DNA of 64,000 nucleotides from Eledone cirrhosa (Eukaryota): NCBI GenBank assembly GCA_964016885.1, contig OZ024741.1, positions 173,414,001 to 173,478,000 of the forward strand, read 5' to 3'. Shown piece by piece: positions 12,362 to 24,095 of this stretch (position 1 is its first letter; each line of letters starts with the position of its first letter). The notes under the pieces were generated by a model. It saw only the letters and a program-made list of their open reading frames with translations, ran no database searches and was not told where the DNA came from. The position numbers and the translations under genes were made by a program.

Positions 12362-13970
12362 GCCTACTTAATCAGAAGGGGTGTCCTGCCACTGTACAGT
12401 GGTGTCTGGTAGCCATAAGATATGCCTACTTAATCAGAAGGGGTGTCCTGCCACTGTACAGTGGTGTCTGGTAGCTATAAGATATGCCTACTTAATCAGA
12501 AGGGGTGTTCTGCCACTGTACAGTGGTGTCTGGTAGCCATAAGATATGCCTACTTAATCAGAAGGGGTGTCCTGCCACTGTACAGTGGTGTCTGGTAGCC
12601 ATAAGATATGCCTACTTAATCAGAAGGGGTGTTCTGCCACTGTACAGTGGTGTCTGGTAGCCATAAGATATGCCTACTTAATCAGAAGGGGTGTCCTGCC
12701 ACTGTACAGTGGTGTCTGGTAGCCATAAGATATGCCTACTTAATCAGAAGGGGTGTCCTGCCACTGTACAGTGGTGTCTGGTAGCTATAAGATATGCCTA
12801 CTTAATCAGAAGGGGTGTCCTGCCACTGTACAGTGGTGTCTGGTAGCCATAAGATATGCCTACTTAATCAGAAGGGGTGTCCTGCCACTGTACAGTGGTG
12901 TCTGGTAGCCATAAGATATGCCTACTTAATCAGAAGGGGTGTCCTGCCACTGTACAGTGGTGTCTGGTAGCTATAAGATATGCCTACTTAATCAGAAGGG
13001 GTGTCCTGCCACTGTACAGTGGTGTCTGGTAGCCATAAGATATGCCTACTTAATCAGAAGGGGTGTCCTGCCACTGTACAGTGGTGTCTGGTAGCCATAA
13101 GATATGCCTACTTAATCAGAAGGGGTGTCCTGCCACTGTACAGTGGTGTCTGGTAGCTATAAGATATGCCTACTTAATCAGAAGGGGTGTTCTGCCACTG
13201 TACAGTGGTGTCTGGTAACCATAAGATATGCCTACTTAATCAGAAGGGGTGTCCTGCCACTGTACAGTGGTGTCTGGTAGCTATAAGGTATGCCTACTTA
13301 ATCAGAAGGGGTGTCCTGCCACTGTAGAGTGGTGTCTAGTAGCCATAAGATATGCCTACTTAATCAGAAGGGGTGTCCTGCCACAGTACAGTGGTGTCTG
13401 GTAGCCATAAGGTATGCCTACTTAATCAGAAGGGGTGTCCTGCCACTGTAGAGTGGTGTCTGGTAGCCATAAGATATGCCTACTTAATCAGAAGGGGTGT
13501 CCTGCCACAGTACAGTGGTGTCTAGTAGCCATAAGATATGCCTACTTAATCAGAAGGGGTGTCCTGCCACAGTACAGTGGTGTCTAGTAGCCATAAGATA
13601 TGCCTACTTAATCAGAAGGGGTGTCCTGCCACAGTACAGTGGTGTCTGGTAGCCATAAGATATGCCTACTTAATCAGAAGGGGTGTCCTGCCACTGTACA
13701 GTGGTGTCTGGTAGCCATAAGGTATGCCTACTTAATCAGAAGGGGTGTCCTGCCACAGTACAGTGGTGTCTGGTAGCCATAAGATATGCCTACTTAATCA
13801 GAAGGGGTGTCCTGCCACAGTACAGTGGTGTCTGGTAGCCATAAGGTATGCCTACTTAATCAGAAGGGGTGTCCTGCCACAGTACAGTGGTGTCTGGTAG
13901 CCATAAGATATGCCTACTTAATCAGAAGGGGTGTCCTGCCACTGTACAGTGGTGTCTGGTAGCCATAAGA
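12362..13970. repeat. 62-bp minisatellite, ~26 near-identical copies
   Basis: Unit gcctacttaatcagaaggggtgtcctgccactgtacagtggtgtctggtagccataagatat starts at 12362, 12424, 12486 ... 13912. Confidence 0.97.
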
Positions 13971-14127
13971 CATATTTAGTACACTGGCTGGGAGTTGAAC
14001 CTTCAGATGATTTCTTTATTATATGATCTTAACATGTAATTTGCTAAATATTGTACAGCCAGCATGGTTGAAAAATATGAAGTTCCCCTGTATCTTCTGC
14101 TATCATCTTCCAAATTTTATTTCCATA

Positions 14128-14566
14128 TAATCATCATCATTTCATTTTACGTCCACTTTTCCCTGCTTGCAAGGGTGGGACGGGAACTGATTCTGGCTTG
14201 ATTTCTACAGCTGGATGCCCTTCCTAACACCAACCTCATTTACAGTGAGTGATGGGTGCTTTTTTCCGTGGCGCCTACACGTCCACTTTACAGTGTCGGC
14301 TGGGTGATTTTTTTGCCGTGACACCTCCACAACCACTTTACAATGTCCGCTGGGTGATTTTTTTGCCGTGGTACCTCCACGACTACTTTGCAGTGGAATG
14401 ATAGGGACTGGGGTCCCTATCATCTCATTTCTACAGCTGAGTAAACTGGAGCAATGTGAAATAAAGTGTCTTGCTCAAGGAAACAACACATCACCTGGTC
14501 TGAGAATTGAACTCACAACCTTTCGATTGCAAGGCCAATGCTCTAACCACTAAGCCATGTGCCTCC
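14128..14566 (-). mobile_element. RTE 3' tail joined to a SINE head fragment
   Basis: 14128-14400 is the reverse complement of the RTE tail (ggatgcccttcctaacaccaacc). 14420-14566 is the reverse complement of a tRNA-like SINE head and core. Confidence 0.7.
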
Positions 14567-14571
14567 TCATC

Positions 14572-15050
14572 CATAATGATGTTGATAATATGAAGATGGT
14601 GTACATGTGTGTATAATGACATTGATTATATGATGGTGGTGTACAGGTGTGTATAATGACATTGATTGTATGATGGTGGTGTTGTACAGGTGTGTATAAT
14701 GACGTTGATAATATGATGGGGGTGTACAGGTGTATATAATGACATTTATTGTATGATGGTGGTGTACAGGTGTATATAATAACATTGATTGTATGATGGT
14801 GGTGTACGAGTGTATATAATGCTGTTGATAGTATGATGGTGTGGTACGAATGTATATAATGGTTTAGATAGTATGATGGTGGTGTGAGGTGTATATAATG
14901 ACAATGCTAGTGTAATGGTGTAGTACAGTTACATATAATGCTGTTGATAGTATGATTGTGTTGTTCAGGTGTATATAATGATGATAGGGTGATGGTGTTG
15001 TGTAGATGTAATTTATGTTGATTGTATGATGGTATTATACAGGTGTATCT
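14572..15050. repeat. Degenerate ~40-bp minisatellite, ~12 copies
   Basis: Consensus approximately ggtgtacaggtgtgtataatgacattgattgtatgatggt, decaying to the right. Confidence 0.85.
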
Positions 15051-15146
15051 TCATGGCGATGCTGATTGTTGCTGTTGTCCAGGAAGACTGCAGCTATTCT
15101 TCCAACTGTGCAGTTTATGTCAACAAAGCATTTTAAGATTGTTTAA

Positions 15147-15671
15147 TAACCCTTTAGCATTTACATTACTCTATATATACTATTGTGGAGGCACATGGCC
15201 TAATGGTAAGGGTGTTGGACTTATGATCATAATGTTGTGGGTTCAATTCCTGGGTTGTGTGTTGTGTTCTTGAGCAAAACAGTTCATTTCATGTTGCTCC
15301 AGTATACTCAGCTGAAAATGAGTACCAGCAATAACTGGAGGTTTAACCCTGTGATGGACTGGCATCCTGTCCAGGAGGGAGTCTTGAACTCTCAATCGCT
15401 TCACGCCCTGAAATCAGGATAAGCACTGACCAAATGAGCCTTCTAGCTTAAGACAGACTTTAGACTTAGATATATACTATTATATTTTTGTGGTAAAGGC
15501 TTTACCTCACATAATTATCTCACATAATACCGAATCTATGAGATTTTGATATTATTTATTTCGAGAACAATACCTTAACATCAGTATGAGTGGCCAGTTA
15601 CAGCCTGTTTGAACAGAAAGAGGTGAGAGAATTCTGGCCGGATATGCCCAGTTTAAATGCTAAAGGGTTAA
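15147..15671 (+). mobile_element. piggyBac-type MITE with a nested SINE (~15185-15465)
   Basis: TAA-CCCTTTAGCATTTA ... TAAATGCTAAAGGG-TTAA. The SINE is flanked by the repeat atatatactatt. Confidence 0.8.
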
Positions 15672-15989
15672 TTCAAATTTTAATGAGTTTGAATTTGAAT
15701 TTGAATTCCTAGATGGAAACTATGTAGAAGCCTGTTGTATCTATATGAATGTTTGTGTGGATGAGTTTAAGTTTGTGGCTGTTTATATCCTGTAACTTAT
15801 CGGTTGGACAAAAAGCTGTTCATAAAATAAGCACTAAATCCCACATTTTGTTTTAGGATTTTGGTTTTACTCTTTTACCTGTTCCAGCCTCCCAAATTTA
15901 AAATTTATCAATTTTAAATTTGGGATTTATCATTTTTAAATTTCAAATTATTTTATTTGAAATGTCTTGCCTTGAATATATATCATAAT

Positions 15990-16180
15990 ATAATTGTTTC
16001 TACGTTAGGCACAAGGCGAGCAAATACCCAGTGTATTACTGGTACTTTATTTTATCGACCCCGTAAGGATGAAAGGCAGAGTTAACTTCGGCGGGATTTA
16101 AACTCAGAATGGCAAGGGCCGTAACTCTATGCATCAAAGCATGGCATCTGACCCTCTACCGATACTGCCAATCCACCGCC
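15990..16180 (-). mobile_element. SINE family A
   Basis: Full-length reverse copy flanked by the repeat atatatatcataat. Confidence 0.88.
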
Positions 16181-16419
16181 ATATATATCATAATATAATA
16201 TCACATCATAGCCTATCTTTAATTATCTCAAAATCTTTTCTGAATGTTATTATTGTTAGTAAAGGCCAGTTGATCTTATGGGGTTGATAAAATAAAGCAC
16301 CAGTAATACACTGGGGTCAGTTTAATAACTTTCCCTTCCCCTTCAAATTGCTTACCTTGTACCTAAAGTAGAAACAATTATTATAAGTAACATTTCTGAC
16401 ACTTTTCTCTCTGTTACAG

Positions 16420-16614
16420 CCTCGAGATTCCAATTACTTGAATATGAAATTGCAAAATCTACTACGCAGATCAGAGGTATCAGACTCAGCTGTAAAAGGA
16501 CTGCGTGATCACAGAGCAAAAAGAGTTTTCTGCAATACTTTTGGAGGTTGTACAAGTCTCTTGCGTTCCGTTGCATTGAAAAACAGAAGAGCATCCGTAC
16601 TTTCGACCCATTGA
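16420..16614 (+). CDS. CCAP: Final coding exon of a CCAP-like (crustacean cardioactive peptide family) neuropeptide precursor
   Basis: Branch-like ttctgac, pyrimidine tract and ttacag acceptor at 16394-16419. Phase-0 frame reads PRDSNYLNMKLQNLLRRSEVSDSAVKGLRDHRAKR-VFCNTFGGCTSLLR-SVALKNRRASVLSTH*. A dibasic KR precedes xFCNxFGGC, matching arthropod PFCNAFTGC and molluscan/cephalopod VFCNSFGGC-type CCAPs. A donor AAG|gtaata (and an overlapping AATAAA) lies at ~16634-16646. Confidence 0.82.
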   Translation, partial: PRDSNYLNMKLQNLLRRSEVSDSAVKGLRDHRAKRVFCNTFGGCTSLLRSVALKNRRASVLSTH

Positions 16615-17047
16615 AATCTGTAACTTAAACACAAATAAAGGTAATATGAATTAAAGAATATATTTACCAAAACAAAATTAGAATTTGAATTTTTGCTCTA
16701 GCATAGCAGATACATAAATGTAAATATGGGTTATATTGAATAATAATGATAATATTCGATTTGTTTGCAAGCAAATGGCCTCATTATGCTATGCTTTGCT
16801 TCATCAGGACTCTATACCTTTCTGCTACTTGATTAAACTGTTTTCAGTCCTGATGAAGGGAAATGACCCAGAAACATGCTGGCTGTTCCTCGATGCTACT
16901 GTTGAACAAACAGATGACAATAGTCATCAAAAACAAAGCATAGCATAGTGAAGCCATCTGCTTGCAAACGAATCGAATATTATTATTGTTATTCATTAAT
17001 ATATTTACTCCATTTATGAAAGTCTATATGTATGTATGTATGAATTT

Positions 17048-17880
17048 ATCTCTGCTGATACATGGGAAAATATTGCTGCTGATCGTAATAAATGGAGAAA
17101 GACTGTATATGAGGGAAAAGTTGCCTTTGAGGCATCTCGAATCGCATACGAGAAAGTAAAGCGGGATGTGAGGAAGGGCATTGCTGTTGTACTTCCAGAC
17201 GGCGAGGGTCCTCCTATGGTGCTGACATGCAGCGTCTGTGCGAGACTCTGCCTAAGCGAAGCTGGACTCGAAAGTCATCTTCGCAATCATAAAGTAAGAC
17301 CAGTGGTTGACTACCAGGCTGCTGTTGGAGATGCTACTCATCATGCTTGCCAAAAATGTGGTAGAGAATGTAAATCAGCAGGAGGGCTCAAGCGACATGC
17401 AAATGTACATGAACTCCAACCACAGCCGACTATTCCTGGTGAATGTTTTGGTTGCCGACTCTGTGCAAGACATTTTAGATCATTGGCTGGGCTAAAAAGC
17501 CACATTCGATCGCAGCGTTGTTAGTTGCTATCGTGTGTGTGTATAGATATGCTTATGTGTGTGCGTGTATGTGTATATATGTATGTGTATATTATTATTG
17601 TTGTTGTCGTTATTATTATTGTTGTTATTATTATTATTATTATTATTGTTATTAATGTATGTGTGTGTGTATATGTGTGTGTGTATATGTGTATGTATGT
17701 GTGTATGTATATATATATATATGTGTATATATATATATATATATGTGTGTGTGTATGTGTATGTACGTATATATATATATATATTTATTTTTTATTTTTA
17801 TTTTATTTTTTATTTATTTATTAATTTTTTTTTCTCCTCATGCAATGGCCATACTCGATAACGAGGGGGCAGCCATCATG
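17048..17880 (+). mobile_element. RTE-clade LINE 3' end with three C-terminal C2H2-type zinc fingers
   Basis: ORF 17036-17524 reads WENIAADRNKWRKTVYEG...FEASR (RTE C-terminus), then CSVC..H..H, CQKC..H..H and CRLC..H. The RTE-type terminal motif gccatactcgataacgagggggcagccatcat lies at ~17848-17880, with microsatellites in the 3' UTR. Confidence 0.8.
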
Positions 17881-18169
17881 TATGTATGTATGTATTCATG
17901 TGTGTATGTATGTATGTGTATGTATGCATGTGTGTTTGTATGTATGGTCCTGTAACTCTTGATGGATTCACAGGGGTGCTGTAATAAGATTGGGCATTTT
18001 TAACCTGGCAGAGTCCATCCCCTCTCCAGGTTTTAATTACAACCGATTTCTTCCAGATAAGAAGATAGACAGTGGGAGAGGAAGTGAGAAAGAGATATAG
18101 AGGAAAAATCAACCTTACTACCTGAGAACTCCTGTAAGCTGATTATCTTATAGCTGAATCTGAAAGAGA

Positions 18170-19010
18170 GCTAGAAGAAAAAATTTGAATTGAAACGCCT
18201 AAAAGTAAACTTAGATTAAAGTCTTAATAACTAGGGAAGATGACAGGAAACAGCTTTGTTCAGTATGTCAAAAAAGGGTGGGCAGAAATTCTATAATATG
18301 CACATAATGTAACCTATGAATGCACAAGCGATGTAGTGTGATTACACACAAGTGAATGGAGAAGATAGACTTTGTATGCAGCACATGCACAAGAGAAGTA
18401 AGCAGATATGAAATAAATTCTCTCAATTGTCAGGGAGGCCCCCTAGACATTGTTGACAGTTTTTGTTACCTAGGTGACCTAAGCAGCTCTAGGCAAGGAT
18501 GCTCTGAAAGTATGGTAGCCAGGATAAGAATGATCTGGAAGAATTTGAGGAAGCTAGTACCTCTGCTGACGACAATAGGCTAGTGAAGGGTAAGCTGTAT
18601 GATGCCTGAGTGCAAACTGCAATGCTATATGAAAGTGAGATATTACTGCAGAAGACCTGCAAAGGCTGAAAAGAAATAAAGTTAGTAAGCTGTGATGGAT
18701 GTGTAACGTTAGTATGCTGAATGAAATAACATAAGCGAGCTGAGAGAAAAACTTGGTATAAGAGGAATTGGCTGTAGTATAGATGAGATAAGAGTGCGTC
18801 GGTATGGATATGTCATATGTATGGAATTTGGCAGCTATATAAAGAAGTGTAGTGAAGTCTCAGTGGATGGGACTTGTGGAAGAAATAGACCTAAGAAGAC
18901 ATGGGATTGAGGTAGTGAAGACCAACTTTAAGAAGCATAATCTCACGACTGAGATGACAAAGGACTGTGACAACTGGTGACATGCAGTACTGGAAAAAAC
19001 TCACTTAGTA
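18170..19010 (+). mobile_element. Decayed RTE LINE RT fragment
   Basis: DIVDSFCYLGDL...ARIRMIWKNLRKLVPLLT, homologous to 35343-36299. Many stops. Confidence 0.8.
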
Positions 19011-19570
19011 GTGTAAAAGATGTGATCTAACCTATTGATATCCCCCTCCATTATTGCTCCTTAGTAGCTATTTTTACCATCATTGTACCCACAATCTTTT
19101 TAAATGCTAACAGAACAGTCATAATTCCTTAGTAGCTGTTCTCATCCTCACAGTACCCCTATGCTATCAAAGACCGACCCTTTCTTCCCACTCATCATCC
19201 TTTCAAATCCTACCACATTTGTTATACACTCAAAAATAAAGTTAAGAAAGTAAAGGTCACTCTTCCTTGCTTTCATCAATTTAAGTTTCTTAAACAATGG
19301 CTAAACGTTCAATCAATATAGTGTGATTGAATTGGTTCAGTTTAGTAATTGTTGTGATCTTGATGAAGAAATATTTTAAGTAGCCCTGTGAAAATATCTT
19401 CTCAGAATTATTGCAACAGTGCATGTATATATACACATATATATATATATGTGTGTGTGTATGTGTGTGTGTGTATGTGTGTGCATGTGTGTGTCTGTAT
19501 GTGTGTGAGTGTATATATATGTTTGTGTGTATACAAATATACACCAGATTTATAAGGATATATATACGTA

Positions 19571-19602
<32 letters not shown>

Positions 19603-19615
19603 CTTCTTTTTGCAG

Positions 19616-20560
19616 ATGGAAATTATTGCAAATTATGGAATTGAATTTACACATTACCGCTATCCGAAAAACAGTTTCATGTATTTTACTGAATTAAAAT
19701 AGTCTTCCTCAAAAGAAATGAAATCATATCGCTTTTTATCATTTGTGTTGTTGTTTTATCTATGGACTTTGTTTTCAAAACTATTTGGGAGTGAATTACA
19801 TGTTAACACATACATAATATATAATACACACATACATACAATGTAGTATAGTTTGGTAAAGAATACACAAAGTTAGAAGAGCACTTAATCTGGGGAAAGA
19901 GTTTATAGTATATGAATATTTATTACACTAACTTATGGTGTCATCTTGGTACAATTGTTTCACTAGAATGCTTTCACAGAAACTAAATTCTTGTTCCTCA
20001 GCCTATATTGCTGCACTTTTCAAATGGATGTAGTCTTTTCCTTCAAATGTGAAAGAGCCACAAGAGAGAGATGAAAAAAGAATAAGTGATAAATAAAGAG
20101 AGTGTAGTGTAGATATAGAACTGTTGTATGGTAAGAACCGATGAGGTATCTTGGTGGATGATTAGATAAATGCATGAAATTTGTCTTTGAAAAACTAAGG
20201 AGAGTTAACTGTTGGAAAACTTACATATAAATATTTGAGGTAGAAAGGAAGGGAGGAAAAGAAGGAAAAAGTCTAATGGAGTTTGGGTTTGTAAATTAGA
20301 CTCAGTGTGGAAATAATTTTGAGATATCAATGGTGTGTGGATAGAACCCATGGTATCCAGAGTTGTTATTCTGGAGAAGGTAAAATTTTCCAGTTCTTGA
20401 ATATAAATTTAAATGTGAATACAATACCTTTTTAGATGCCTAAAATCATTAAACAAAGATATATGAGAACATAAGACATCTAGCTAGCTTTTTATTAATT
20501 TATTTACCTATCTGATCAATAAATTAAATACCTGCCTAATACTGAGTTTTGTTCAATAAA
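19616..20560 (+). other. Candidate non-coding terminal (3' UTR) exon of the CCAP-like gene
   Basis: Very strong acceptor (T-run...cttctttttgcag|) at 19615 could pair with the donor at 16641. About 1 kb of sequence without recognised TEs follows, with AATAAA near 20518 and 20555. Inference only. Confidence 0.35.
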
Positions 20561-21336
20561 AAATATACACATGTACATATTTGTGAGACCAGGTGTGTTC
20601 TTACCTTGCCCCATTAGGTCAGCAAATGACTCTTAGTGACTTTCTTGACATGTACTATGTGCTTACCATGGAATTTTCATAGGAGAGATGCAACATTGGT
20701 TTCTTATTGTCTTCATTCAAGTATTTTTTTTCTTTACAAAACACCATATTGGTTAAAGACAAGCAAGTTGCCTTGCCACTCTGTATAAATAACTGGAATA
20801 AATACCACAAAATATTTTGATAAATGATTTAACATCCCCACTAGTCCACCATCATAGCCTAGTACTGTATTTTATTGACCCAACAAGGATTAAAGATCAA
20901 ACAATTAAATAGTGGGATTTGAACTCAGAACATAAATAGGCAAAACAAATGCAGTATGGCATTACATCTGACATTTTAATCCATTTGATACCAAACCATC
21001 TGAAACTGTTCCTGGTTCTATGATACAAAACTGTTCCAAATACCAGCTTAATAATGAGAAAGTTAGCTATATTACTAAATCCTTCCAAATTCTTAATTAA
21101 TTGAACATCATAGGCAGTGTCTTTCATTTAAAATATGGTAACGAAAGGGTTAAAATTCTGCTAATTGATGGTTTAGTCATTCAAGTGCAATTTAGAAATC
21201 CTAACAGATATGTGAGGGTGTTGGATGGTAGGATGAGTAGAGTTTAAGACGCAATGTTTGCTAGTAGCTAGCTATATCACTTGACATCTGAGTTCAAATT
21301 GTACCAGTGTTGACTTTCCGTTTTATTATAAATACT

Positions 21337-21368
<32 letters not shown>

Positions 21369-21377
21369 AATAATAAT

Positions 21378-21565
21378 AATAATTGTTTCTACTTTAGGCA
21401 CAAGGCCAGCAATTATCCAGTGCATTACTGGTACTTTATTTTATCGACCCCGTAAGGATGAAAGGCAAAGTCAACCTCGGCGGGATTTGAACTCAGATCG
21501 TAAAGGGACGTAACTATGCTGGAAAGCATGGCGTCCGACCCTCTACCGATACTGCCAATCCACCG
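21378..21565 (-). mobile_element. SINE family A
   Basis: Full reverse copy next to (CAA)n/(TAA)n. Confidence 0.9.
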
Positions 21566-21574
21566 AATAATAAT

Positions 21575-22710
21575 AACACTGACAGCCATGTTCAATGACT
21601 GCTTGGTATCGGGTGAAGTACCAGAGTGGCTGACAAAAGATACTACAGTTCTGGTAATGAAAGACCGAATCAAGGGTAATGAGGTTACCACTATAGGCCT
21701 ATCACATGTCTGTCCGTAATGTGGAAACTGCTAACAAGCATTGTGTCTGAAGAAATCTACTATCACCTCCACATAAACAACTTATTACCGGATGAACAGA
21801 AAGGATGCCGAAAGACATCCCGTTGTACAAAAGACCAGTTACTTATCGACAAGATAGTAATAAGGAACTGCAAGAGGAAGCATACTGATCTTGTCATGGG
21901 ATGGATAGACTACAAGAAGGCATTCGACATGGTTCCTCATTCTTGGATAACCAAAAGCCTCAAGGTGGCAGAAAACATCAGATAGCTATTAAGTAAAAGT
22001 ATGAAGTCCTGGGAAATAGAACTGACATCAGGTGGAGAATCCTTGCGAGGCGTGAAGATCAAGAGAGGTATCTTCCAAGGAAATAGTTTGTCCCCTTTGT
22101 TGTTTGTCCTTACCCTCATACTCTTGTCCCTCATATTGCGAAAAGTCAAAGCAGGATTCAAGCTGGGAAGAGGAGATCTTACCATCAACCACCTCCTCTT
22201 CATGAAAGATCTAAAACTCTTTGGGAAAAGCGAGAAGGAGTTGGATGTATTTCTTAACACTGTCCGTATTTTCAACAATGATATATGTATGGAATTTGGT
22301 GTTAATAAGTGTGGAGTCCTAGTGACGAAGAGGAGCAAATTGAACAGAAGCAACAAAATCTAGGTACCAACAGGTGAGATGATAAAGGAAATCAACACTG
22401 AAGAGGGATACAAATATTTAGGTGTTCTGGAGGCAGATGACATCAAGAACAATAAAATGAAGGAATTGATAAGATCTGAATACATAATGAGAGTAAGGGA
22501 CATACTAAAATCACATTTAAATAGTAGGAATGTCATAAGTGCAGTACATTGCCGAGCTGTGTCTATTATTAGGTACAGTGTGGGAATTCTGAAATGGAAT
22601 GTTACGGAACAAAAAGAAATGGATAGAAAGACTAGGAAGCTAATGACTACCTACAGCATGTTCCACAAGAGGAGTGATGTCAACAGACTCTACTTAAAGA
22701 GATCTTCTGG
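21575..22710 (+). mobile_element. R4/Dong-like reverse transcriptase fragment (pseudogenised)
   Basis: VPEWLT, LPDEQKGCRK, DQLLIDK, WIDYKKAFDMVPHSWI, RGIFQGNSLSPLLF, NHLLFMKDLKLF, YKYLG and DRKTRK, spread over four ORF pieces. Confidence 0.9.
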
Positions 22711-23105
22711 AGCCACCTGAGCCAAGCGAAGTTGACCAGCGAGGCTTGGGCGTCAGGCAAGCTCGCTGTCTCATCTGGTGGTGTGCCAGACAGCCGTGGC
22801 TGGGCAGACGAGGAGAAGAAGCAGTTCCTGCATCTCCACGCTGCAAGGGCACTGGAAGCTCGAATTGTCAAGCCAGCACAGGTGAGGTGGTGGAAGCAGC
22901 TGCACCCCGAACAGTTCCGGTCCCTCTTCCATCTGTTAGTGGTGTTGCAAGTGCTGCAGGTGCCGGCTTGAGCCGATGGGGGATGGGGCGATGGGGGATG
23001 AGGCATGGGGACTGGGACTGGGGCACCGCGTGACATCGGGGGTGAGTGGCTGGCATGCGTGGGTGGAAGGGAAAGTGCTGGTAAGAGGGCCTCATAGCTC
23101 ACCTA
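22705..23105 (-). mobile_element. GC-rich PHD-finger-encoding fragment, probably the N-terminus of a non-LTR retrotransposon ORF
   Basis: ORF 22680-23102 contains CSTC...CSGCSCFHHLTC...WRCRNC (C4HC3 spacing) after a Pro-rich linker. No convincing splice sites; it abruptly truncates the R4 fragment. Confidence 0.55.
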
Positions 23106-23905
23106 CATCAGATATAAAGGCGTCAGAAGACAAGAGAGAAAAGAAGGGGGTGCATGGAGGGGGACACACAAGAAGGTAGAATGTTAGCAAATGAATGAGT
23201 GAATGGATGAATGTACAAAAAACAACAAAAAAAACAAGAGGGGCGAGGAGAAAACAGGGATTGTTCCCAGTGGAAAGACCCAGAGTTCAGCATGCACACA
23301 TGCAAGCATGTTAGTAGTTTCTCATAGGACCTTGTGGCTGGCGGTGAGCATTCAATCCTGAAAACATGTGTTGTTATTGTCATTGATTCTGGAGTTGGCT
23401 TCCTCTTGTTAATGGTAGTGGTAGTGATTGCTGGTAAGATGTTGATCTATACACATATGTGTTGTTGTTGTTGTTAACGTCACTGTTGTTGTTGCTTTCC
23501 TCTTGTTAATGGTGGTGGTAGATGAAACTGCTACCAATTCGGACTGCCAGGCAGTATGCTGAGGCTCGAGTGCCTTCTTTTACCAAAGATGCGGGGTCGA
23601 TGTTATTATCCTGTTGCTGCGGGTCAGTGGCTTTCGGCATCATTTGGCAGCACAACGGCAAATAAATATATTATTTTTTTGTATATATATAAATATATAT
23701 TTTTTTGTTTTTTTCTTTCTCTCTGTCTAATCCGATTTAAATTATTTGGCAGTGAATTGGCGGTTGGTTTGGTTTGGTTTTGTTTTATGTTTCCATTTGT
23801 TTTTATTTATTTCTCTCGCTCTTCTCGTATGTTTCGGTGCGTTAAATTTGTGAGGTTCCTATCGATGGTTAATAGCATTTATTATTTGAGGTTATATTAT
23901 ATATA

Positions 23906-24095
23906 GGGCGGTGGATTGGCAGTATCGGTAGAGGGTCGGACGTCATGCTTTCCAGCATAGTTACATCCCTTTACGATCTGAGTTCAAATCCCGCCGAGGT
24001 TGACTTTGCCTTTCATCCTTACGGGGTCGATAAAATAAAGTACCAGTAATGCACTGGGTAATTGCTGGCCTTGTGCCTAAAGTAGAAACAATTAT
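23906..24095 (+). mobile_element. SINE family A with target-site duplication
   Basis: Full copy. attatttgaggttatatt is repeated at 23881 and 24091. Confidence 0.9.

Noticed and set aside
12362-13970. CRISPR-like regular array
   Set aside because: There are no unique spacers because whole 62-bp units repeat. No cas genes are present and the context is eukaryotic.
16842-16895. Functional hammerhead just downstream of the CCAP exon
   Set aside because: The core CTGATGA...GAAAC and stem II are present, but the 3' strand of stem I does not pair. Treated as a remnant.
17036-17524. Host C2H2 zinc-finger transcription factor gene
   Set aside because: It is preceded by the RTE C-terminal motif and followed by an RTE 3' terminal motif, and it lacks TGEKP linkers.
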